Shown here piece by piece: positions 26,406 to 32,000 of a DNA stretch of 32,000 nt. Origin of the DNA: Halogeometricum borinquense DSM 11551 (GTDB lineage Archaea > Halobacteriota > Halobacteria > Halobacteriales > Haloferacaceae); the NCBI RefSeq assembly GCF_000172995.2, contig NC_014729.1, positions 1,920,001 through 1,952,000 on the forward strand. The letters run 5' to 3'. Positions within the stretch are counted from its first letter, which is position 1, and the number at the start of each line of letters is the position of its first letter. Both the position numbers and the translations under genes were made by a program. The notes beneath the pieces were generated by a model. The model was not told the origin of the DNA. It saw nothing but the letters and a program-made list of their open reading frames with translations, and searched no databases.

Positions 26406-26441
26406 CATAACGCTACGGTTCAAATTATCTTCGGTGATAAC
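26406..26441 (-). promoter_or_regulatory. Archaellin unit-2 promoter module
   Basis: Gene-oriented GTTATC-ACCGAA-GATAAT (26424-26441), then ttgaaccgtagc, then GTTATG (26406-26411). The 16-mer TTATCTTCGGTGATAA is identical to the arlD site. Confidence 0.5.
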
Positions 26442-26573
26442 GGACCACCGGCACGAGGATGAATAAATTCTATGCGCACACGTGAGCACGTGCAACTGTT
26501 CGTTAGCAATTAGCAGAGATGAAAACGAAGGAGGGTGACGAGGACAGCGTGCGGGTGAGTTTCTGGTCGGGGA

Positions 26574-26912
26574 CTAGTCCCGCGCGATCTGACGCCAGAC
26601 GTCGTCGAGTTTGTTCTTGACTTCGGGACGCTCTGTGATCTGGATATTACACTCCTGTCCGTCAAAGCGGATGAGAATCTCGTCAACCTCGCGTCGGTAG
26701 ACGTTGGTACGTCGGTGCTCGTCGGAAAGGACCCTGTCGTGCAGTTCGAGAAGACCGGCGGAGGTCAGTTCTTCGATGCGGCGGTAGCACGTTGCAATCG
26801 GGATATCGAGCATCTCGCTGAACTCTTGTGCAGAGTGGGGTTCGTCTGCAGCCCGTAATATATCGGGGTTGTAATCGTTGCCCAGTGCTGAGAGGGTCCT
26901 GTCAGACTCCAT
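26574..26912 (-). CDS. Small winged-helix (ArsR/TrmB-like HTH) transcriptional regulator
   Basis: 112 aa. HSAQEFSEMLDIPIATCYRRIEELTSAGLL is a helix-turn-helix followed by a wing (RTNVYRR). ATTAGC (minus strand, 26936-26941) is centred ~27 nt upstream of the ATG, suggesting a leaderless mRNA. Confidence 0.8.
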   Translation of the reverse strand: MESDRTLSALGNDYNPDILRAADEPHSAQEFSEMLDIPIATCYRRIEELTSAGLLELHDRVLSDEHRRTNVYRREVDEILIRFDGQECNIQITERPEVKNKLDDVWRQIARD

Positions 26913-26935
26913 AGATGGAGATACTTCTGTCGTGA

Positions 26936-26971
26936 GCTAATGTGAATGTGTTGGTTATCTGGATGAGAAAT
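26936..26971 (-). promoter_or_regulatory. wHTH-regulator promoter module (possible autoregulation)
   Basis: Gene-oriented ATTTCT-CATCCA-GATAAC (26954-26971), then caacacattcac, then ATTAGC (26936-26941), which lies ~27 nt upstream of ATG 26912. Confidence 0.4.
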
Positions 26972-27142
26972 CGGACTGACGAAGGGGGTAACTGGTACCA
27001 GATGCTCTCAAAGCGCAGGTCAGTTTAGAGTGCTGTAGCTGTTTGTGGCGGGGCAATCGCGTTCCGGAGAACCCCATCCAATGGGCTCTGTTCTGTACTG
27101 GACGGCGATGGTCTTATTAGTTCGCCGTGGCCACCTCCCGGC

Positions 27143-27712
27143 ATGGCGTCCGACGACCCTCCCAGAGACCATCCATCGCGACGACGTGAGGAGGGTATCA
27201 TCGGACCGCGTGAGTTAGATTACACAGAGAGCAGTCGTGTGGCAGAACTGGAGGAGGGCCGGTTCGTCGTCGCCACCGACAACGACGGAACGCCGAACGT
27301 TGATGCGGACGAAGAGATACCCTCGGAGGAAGAACGAACGATAGAAGAACGCGGAAAGTTCGCCAGCCAACAGATGGCGCGGTACGTCTCAGACCGGGAC
27401 GCCGACTTCGGATTTGCGCTTACTGCGTCGTTCGAGGAGTCAATCGAACAGCGGGAACTGTTTTCCGACGACGTGGCCACAGCGTTCGGTGACATCGCTC
27501 AGTGGTATGCAAGCCAAGTCGAGGCCGATGCCTCCCCCGCGGAGGTACTCGGCATTCTCCTCCTCGCGTCGGACACTGACGTGACGTTTCCAACAAAAGT
27601 ACTCGCACCCGTGCTCCGCGAGCAGGGCCTGACTCTCGATGACTCCATCGGTGACCTCGTCGAAGCGCTCGCCGGGGATGGACTTCAGATACCACCACCG
27701 AACGAAAAATAG
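27143..27712 (+). CDS. Acidic hypothetical protein, no recognisable domain
   Basis: 189-aa ORF with coding-like codon bias. It has a disordered acidic N-terminal ~70 aa and a helical C-terminal part. TTATTA at 27114-27119 is centred ~27 nt upstream of the ATG. Confidence 0.6.
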   Translation: MASDDPPRDHPSRRREEGIIGPRELDYTESSRVAELEEGRFVVATDNDGTPNVDADEEIPSEEERTIEERGKFASQQMARYVSDRDADFGFALTASFEESIEQRELFSDDVATAFGDIAQWYASQVEADASPAEVLGILLLASDTDVTFPTKVLAPVLREQGLTLDDSIGDLVEALAGDGLQIPPPNEK

Positions 27713-27759
27713 CCGATTTAAGTTCTCTATCTCCTGTTTTGCTCCATCTCGCGGAGTGG

Positions 27760-27795
27760 CATATCAGCGCTGATAATGGGGGGGAAGGGTTTATA
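27760..27795 (+). promoter_or_regulatory. cheY-cheC-cheD promoter module
   Basis: CATATC-AGCGCT-GATAAT (27760-27777; TATCAGCGCTGATA is a perfect 14-nt palindrome), then gggggggaaggg, then consensus TATA box TTTATA (27790-27795) ~27 nt before ATG 27820. Confidence 0.55.
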
Positions 27796-27819
27796 CCCGA
27801 TTTCCAGGAAAGAAGGAGC

Positions 27820-28188
27820 ATGGCAAGCACCGTACTGGTCGTGGACGACTCAGCGTTTATGCGGAACCTGCTGAAGCAGTTGCTCGATGGGGAGCACGAA
27901 GTAGTCGGCGAGGCAGAGAACGGCGTCGAAGCGGTCGAGATGTACCGAGAACTCGAACCAGATGTGGTCACGATGGACGTCGTGATGCCGATTCGGAACG
28001 GCATCGAGGCGACAACCGAAATCAAGTCGCTAGACCCCAACTCGTCGGTCATCATGTGCACGTCCGTCGGACAAGAAGAGAAGATGCGCGAGGCCGTCGA
28101 GGCCGGTGCTGACGGCTACATTACGAAGCCGTTCCAGAAGCCGAACGTGCTCCAAGCTATCGACGACGTGGTGAGCGTCGAGGCATGA
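27820..28188 (+). CDS. cheY: Chemotaxis response regulator CheY
   Basis: 122 aa: VLVVDDSAFMRNLL ... DVVTMDVVMPIRNG ... GYITKPF. ATG 27820 chosen; TTTATA at 27790-27795 is centred ~27 nt upstream, with AGGAG just before the ATG. Confidence 0.93.
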   Translation: MASTVLVVDDSAFMRNLLKQLLDGEHEVVGEAENGVEAVEMYRELEPDVVTMDVVMPIRNGIEATTEIKSLDPNSSVIMCTSVGQEEKMREAVEAGADGYITKPFQKPNVLQAIDDVVSVEA

Positions 28189-29384
28189 ATCTCGACGTCC
28201 AGTCGTTACGGACGTTCAGCCGCCTCGCACACTCCGGTGCGGAACGTGCTGCGGGGTCGCTGTCGCAACTCACCGGCATCGAGACGTTCGTCAACGTTAC
28301 GAAAATCGAAGTCAGCACGCGAGCCGACGTGGAACGTGAGTTCCGCGAACAGGATCTCGTGACTGTCCATATCGGATTTAACGGCGGCATCGACGGCCGG
28401 ACCGTCCTCGCGTTCGACCGTCAGGAGGCCGTCCAGCTCGTCGATGCACTCGTTCCCGGTGCTGCAGACCAACCGGACGGTGAGATGGCGACGAGCGGAC
28501 TGAAGGAACTCGGAAACATCATGCTCGGGGGCTTCCTCGACGGATGGGCCGACTACCTCGATACGTCTATCGACATCACCACGCCGACGTACGTGGACAT
28601 GCAGACGGAAGGGGCGTTAGAAGACATCACCGGCGACTCCGGATTCCAGATGGCGACGGGCGACGACCACGTCCTCGCGTTCCGGAATCAGTTAGATACG
28701 GACGATCAACAGGTCGGCTTCCATATCTACATGCTCCCGACGCACGATTCCATCAAGACGATTTCCCGCATCGCGGGCGATGGATCGACGGCGGTGCCGA
28801 TAGAGACGTTCACGTCCTTCTCGAACATGATTTCGGACGGTGCCGAACAGGCGTCCGATGACCTCACGGCGATGACCGGCATGGAGTCGGTCGTCGAAGT
28901 GAGTCGCCTGAGTTTCGTCCCGATTGAGGCGGTTCCGATGGAACTCACTGACGCGACCCGTCGTGGTGTCGTCTTGGAGTTCATGGGGACGCCCTCCGGG
29001 TATATCGCTATCTTGTTCGATGAAACGTCCGCAGACCGCGTTGCGGACGCACTCATGCCCGGTATGGAAGCTGACCCGGCCATGCAGCAGAGTGCAATCC
29101 AAGAAATCGGCAACATCGTCACCTCCGGATTCATCGACGGGTGGGCGAACGCGCTAGAGACGACCATCGATATCTCACCGCCGACGTACGTGGACGACCT
29201 CGGCTCTGCCATCATTGACCCGTTGGCAACCGAACTCGCGCAGGCGCAAGAGTACGCTTTCCTCATTGACTCGGCTATTCGCACTCCGAACGACGAGTTC
29301 ACGTGCGACATCTATGCGCTTCCGAACGAAGCCGAACTCCGCGATGCCTTAGACCGTCTCGGAGCGGAGGTACAACAGCCGTAA
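28185..29384 (+). CDS. cheC: CheC-family CheY-P phosphatase, duplicated CheC domain
   Basis: 399 aa with two CheC-like halves, each starting with a ...AAGSLSQLTG / AEQASDDLTAMTG helix and carrying LKELGNIMLGGFLDGWA / IQEIGNIVTSGFIDGWA active-site-type motifs. ATGA overlap with the cheY stop. Confidence 0.85.
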   Translation: MNLDVQSLRTFSRLAHSGAERAAGSLSQLTGIETFVNVTKIEVSTRADVEREFREQDLVTVHIGFNGGIDGRTVLAFDRQEAVQLVDALVPGAADQPDGEMATSGLKELGNIMLGGFLDGWADYLDTSIDITTPTYVDMQTEGALEDITGDSGFQMATGDDHVLAFRNQLDTDDQQVGFHIYMLPTHDSIKTISRIAGDGSTAVPIETFTSFSNMISDGAEQASDDLTAMTGMESVVEVSRLSFVPIEAVPMELTDATRRGVVLEFMGTPSGYIAILFDETSADRVADALMPGMEADPAMQQSAIQEIGNIVTSGFIDGWANALETTIDISPPTYVDDLGSAIIDPLATELAQAQEYAFLIDSAIRTPNDEFTCDIYALPNEAELRDALDRLGAEVQQP

Positions 29385-29439
29385 CGAGGAGACGACACCG
29401 AGCGTCTACCTCGTGTCGTCTCCCCCCGAACAAACCACG

Positions 29440-29949
29440 ATGAAAGTTTACACGAGCAACACGACCGAAACGCGCACGCTACCAGAGCGCACGAAAGTCG
29501 GTATTGCAGACTACGCCGTCGCAACGGGCAACGCAACGTTGACCACCAGCGGTCTGGGGTCGTGTGTAGGGATCGCACTCTACGACAGCCAAGCGGGAGT
29601 TGGCGGCCTTGCACACGCGATGCTCCCCTACGCGGACGGCGATACGGACGAAGCGAAGTACGCCGATACCGCTATCCGCGCACTCCTCGAGGCGATGGTC
29701 GAGAAAGGTGCGAAACGTCGGCGAATCCGCGCCAAGATTGCCGGTGGGAGTACGATGTTCGAGTTCTCCTCGGCCGATGGCAGCATCGGTGAACGAAACG
29801 CTGTCGCCGCCAAGGAGACACTCGCCCGAGAAGATATCGACCTCGTCGCCGAGGATGTCGGTGGCGAGCACGGGAGGTCACTCGAACTCGACGTCAGCAA
29901 CGGCAATCTCGAGGTTCGAAGTGCCCACGTGGGCAAAGACACGATCTGA
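29440..29949 (+). CDS. cheD: Chemoreceptor glutamine deamidase CheD
   Basis: LTTSGLGSCVGIALYD ... GGLAHAMLP ... AKIAGGSTMF. ATG 29440 chosen over GTG 29413. Confidence 0.9.
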   Translation: MKVYTSNTTETRTLPERTKVGIADYAVATGNATLTTSGLGSCVGIALYDSQAGVGGLAHAMLPYADGDTDEAKYADTAIRALLEAMVEKGAKRRRIRAKIAGGSTMFEFSSADGSIGERNAVAAKETLAREDIDLVAEDVGGEHGRSLELDVSNGNLEVRSAHVGKDTI

Positions 29950-30177
29950 GTCCGTCGCCCGTTCGCTGAACCATTTGCTCCGTTACGTGTTGTCACCCGT
30001 CCTGTTCCGTCCTGTTGGTGACTGACTCCGAACACGCGCTATTCTCGATCTATTGTCCTCGGATGGACCATCGTTTAGCCGACCATGCAGTCCGGCGTCC
30101 AATCGACGGCCAAACTGCAAGCGAATCAGTTCGTCGCAGTGGCTCCGAGGGCCTGTACGGGGGCTATTCACTGAAAG

Positions 30178-30213
30178 GTTATCTTCGGTGATAATCACGG
30201 GGGCAGGTTTATC
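30178..30213 (+). promoter_or_regulatory. arlD promoter module
   Basis: GTTATC-TTCGGT-GATAAT (30178-30195), then cacgggggcagg, then TTTATC (30208-30213). Same spacing and G-rich spacer as the cheY module. Confidence 0.5.
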
Positions 30214-30310
30214 AAGCACCCGCGGCTGGTTTGCACCAACGCACCCAGTCTCCGACAGAGGGAGATAGCCGTACGGCGTCGTCGTGCCGTCGTGCGAGCG
30301 AGGTGAGGCC

Positions 30311-31327
30311 ATGAAGATAGACCCCGACAACTACGACCTACGCGAACTCCGGCGCATCGCCGACGAACGACGCACCGACCGAGGCGGAAGCGACGACACA
30401 GAGCGTCGCCGCGACTACGATGACGGTCACCGCGGTCATGACGACGGTCACCGCGGTCATGACGACGGTCACCGTGGCCATGACGACGGTCACCGAGAGT
30501 ACGATGATGGACACCGTAGTCACGACGACGACCACCGCGGACGCGATGGTGGACACCGTAGTCACGACGACGGACGCCGTGGGCGCGACGATGGCCGGCG
30601 CTCCCGAGATGGATCTGACCGCGGTGACAGAAACGGCCGTGACAACCGCGGCGAGCGCCGCGGACGCTCCCGGCGGGAAGATAATCTCCGTCGCCCCCGC
30701 GAGGGCTACAGCGATCATGCGGAGGCTCACGACGAAGTCGTCCGTGCAGACCAAATCGCAAACCGATTCGGCCTGGGTGGAAACGGAACGGGCGGCAGCG
30801 ACGGGCGTGGGCGGGGCTACGACGAACTCGGCTACGAGCGCTCCCGCGAGGACCGGTCGTACGACGGGTACGACTTCGAGGAGGTTGGCGAATTCCGGTT
30901 CGATAACCCGGTCCACGACCGTCCGCGCGGCCGTGCGGGCGAGGCACTTCGGAACAACCAACTCGAGCAGTTGCTCATCCACGAGACGGCGGCCGCGGGC
31001 GGGTCGTTGGAGAAGCCGTACCTCTCTAGCGTCCCGAAAGAATACGCCGCAGAACGTGTCGTCTTCGACTGGCTGGAATTTCTGGTCCTGAAAGGCGGAT
31101 TCAAGCGAACGATGGACGCGCTTCGGTACTACCACTCCGTCGATTGGATCACCGAGGATGTCGAGACCGAACTGCACGACTATCTCATCGGCTTCTCGGG
31201 CAACGTCTCGGACACGACGGAGTTCGACGTTGACGACCATCACCTCAGTCTCCTGTACGTCGCACAACTTGCTTCGATGGCCGACGGCGTCGAGACGAAA
31301 GCGCGTAGTCCGTCTGCGCTCCGTTAA
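30311..31327 (+). CDS. arlD: Archaellum protein ArlD (FlaD/E domain) with an N-terminal His/Asp/Arg heptad-repeat region
   Basis: C-terminal FlaD/E domain (PYLSSVPKEYAAERVVFDWLEFLV ... ALRYYHSVDWITEDV), a paralog of the ArlCDE C-terminus. ATG 30311 is preceded by AGGTGAGG; GTG 30284 is an alternative start. Confidence 0.82.
   Translation: MKIDPDNYDLRELRRIADERRTDRGGSDDTERRRDYDDGHRGHDDGHRGHDDGHRGHDDGHREYDDGHRSHDDDHRGRDGGHRSHDDGRRGRDDGRRSRDGSDRGDRNGRDNRGERRGRSRREDNLRRPREGYSDHAEAHDEVVRADQIANRFGLGGNGTGGSDGRGRGYDELGYERSREDRSYDGYDFEEVGEFRFDNPVHDRPRGRAGEALRNNQLEQLLIHETAAAGGSLEKPYLSSVPKEYAAERVVFDWLEFLVLKGGFKRTMDALRYYHSVDWITEDVETELHDYLIGFSGNVSDTTEFDVDDHHLSLLYVAQLASMADGVETKARSPSALR
30419..30607 (+). 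repeat. Nine tandem 21-nt (heptad) repeats inside arlD
   Basis: GACGACGGTCACCGCGGTCAT-type units encode DDGHRGH x3, then DDGHREY, DDGHRSH, DDDHRGR, DGGHRSH, DDGRRGR, DDGRRSR. They decay into an RG/RD-rich tail up to ~30670. Confidence 0.85.
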
Positions 31328-31388
31328 GCGCGCGACACTGACTGTTTTACGGACAAGACTTTTCACCTCGTTACGCTACGGTGGTCGT

Positions 31389-32000
31389 ATGGCGGAGGAT
31401 GGAACAGACGAAGATGCCTCGTTCGACGACGAAACTGCAAAGGGACCAACCCCGGTGGGGGTAAAGCTGGGAAGTACGCGAACGATACTCCAGTTTTACG
31501 ACGGTGACGGCGATCTGGAGACCGTTCGGACACTCACCTGTCTGGCAACGTACGAAGACGCGCTCACGGGTGACGAACGCGTCCTCTACGGGGAACAGGC
31601 CGCACAAGAATACCCAGACAGCGTCGAGTACATGCTCCGTTCGGGGCTGCCGGAGAACGACGACGGAGCCGAACTCGCAAAGAAGTTCTTTAGCGAACTG
31701 GTGAATGCGAACGGTCTGGACGGCGACAGCGCGGTCGTCTATGCGATTCCCACGATAGACAACGAACCCGGCCTGCGGAACCTCAACCGTGTCATCGAGG
31801 AAAGCCCGGTCGGTGACGCCCTCGTCCGGAGTTTCCCCGAATCGCTCTGCGGTGCGATTCCGGCGTTCGGAGACGAGTTAGAGGCAATCGACAGCGTGTT
31901 CGCCGCGATCAACATGGGTTCGACCAACCTCGAAGCCTCGGCGTACCGGCACGGTGAACAACTCTCGCCGTTCGTCTCGGGTGCCGTTACCGGCAACGAG
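31389..32000 (+). CDS. ParM/actin-like ATPase (ASKHA fold), 5' partial; runs off the window
   Basis: Hand-translated open frame of 204 codons with no stop before the window end; it is absent from the supplied ORF track. The translation begins MAEDGTDEDASFDDETAKGPTPVGVKLGSTRTILQF ... The later region AVVYAIPT ... SFPESLCGAIPAF ... IDSVFAAINMGSTNLEAS matches the phosphate-1 / connect / phosphate-2 layout of ParM-like actins. TTTTCA at 31360-31365 is centred ~27 nt upstream of the ATG. Confidence 0.6.
   Translation, partial: MAEDGTDEDASFDDETAKGPTPVGVKLGSTRTILQFYDGDGDLETVRTLTCLATYEDALTGDERVLYGEQAAQEYPDSVEYMLRSGLPENDDGAELAKKFFSELVNANGLDGDSAVVYAIPTIDNEPGLRNLNRVIEESPVGDALVRSFPESLCGAIPAFGDELEAIDSVFAAINMGSTNLEASAYRHGEQLSPFVSGAVTGNE

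Larger units (their letters stand above)
23475..26441 (-). repeat. Tandem duplication (2 x ~1.49 kb) of a promoter + leader + two-archaellin unit
   Basis: Unit 1 is ~23475-24960 and unit 2 is ~24961-26441. The gene offsets between the copies are 1490, 1487 and 1484 nt. Promoter element, leader hairpin, 12-nt intergenic spacer and ~35 nt of 3' tail are all duplicated. Confidence 0.9.

Noticed and set aside
29997-30016. Perfect tandem 10-mer CCGTCCTGTT x2 in the ~230-nt non-coding stretch (29950-30177) after cheD
   Set aside because: It is a single short duplication with no further copies and no associated ORF or structure. The candidate ORFs in this region (29983-30330 minus, 30053-30268 plus, and a 29-codon + ORF at 30085) are basic or short and unconvincing.
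30195-31366. Minus-strand ORFs of 250 aa and 342 aa, and a + frame ORF at 30420-31091
   Set aside because: They overlap arlD in other frames. Their composition is basic or Val/Thr-repeat, produced by reading the 21-nt repeat out of frame. The arlD frame has a clear FlaD/E domain.
31371-31607. 78-aa minus-strand ORF
   Set aside because: It overlaps the open-ended + strand actin-like frame, which has recognisable ASKHA motifs, a TATA-like box and better codon bias.

Overview
GC-rich window with strongly acidic predicted proteins, so most likely a haloarchaeal (class Halobacteria) chromosome segment. Positions 1-8000 carry unrelated genes: an AhpD-like peroxidase-related protein, a tandem-domain universal stress protein, a DUF457-type membrane hydrolase, an MscS channel, an NCS2 nucleobase permease, and an 823-aa Tat lipoprotein built from six helical repeats plus a C-terminal blue-copper (halocyanin-like) domain. 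Positions 8200-32000 are a chemotaxis + archaellum (che/arl, formerly fla) supercluster. It contains cheW; cheB-cheA-cheR-cheF; a tightly packed arlCDE-arlF-arlG-arlH-arlI-arlJ-cheF operon; a KaiC-like ATPase; four archaellin genes arranged as a ~1.49-kb tandem duplication of a two-gene unit; a small wHTH regulator; an acidic orphan protein; cheY-cheC-cheD; and a separate arlD with a His/Asp/Arg heptad repeat. It ends with the 5' part of a ParM/actin-like gene that is missing from the supplied ORF track. No rRNA, tRNA, CRISPR array, transposase, MCP/transducer or prepilin peptidase gene was seen. The most interesting hand-found signal is an 18-bp palindrome (gene-oriented consensus nnTATC-N6-GATAAT) sitting exactly 12 nt upstream of a TATA-like hexamer. 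It occurs in front of nearly every transcription unit of the che/arl cluster, including the wHTH regulator gene itself, and is a candidate motility-regulon operator/UAS. Other observations are structured 5' leaders on the archaellin and cheB operons, twin palindromes bracketing the promoter of the copper-repeat lipoprotein, and several uncharacterised genes embedded in the motility cluster. Many start codons were moved off the ORF-track starts to ATGs lying ~26-28 nt downstream of a TATA-like box, the leaderless architecture common in haloarchaea. All calls come from reading the sequence and from family knowledge; no database search was possible.
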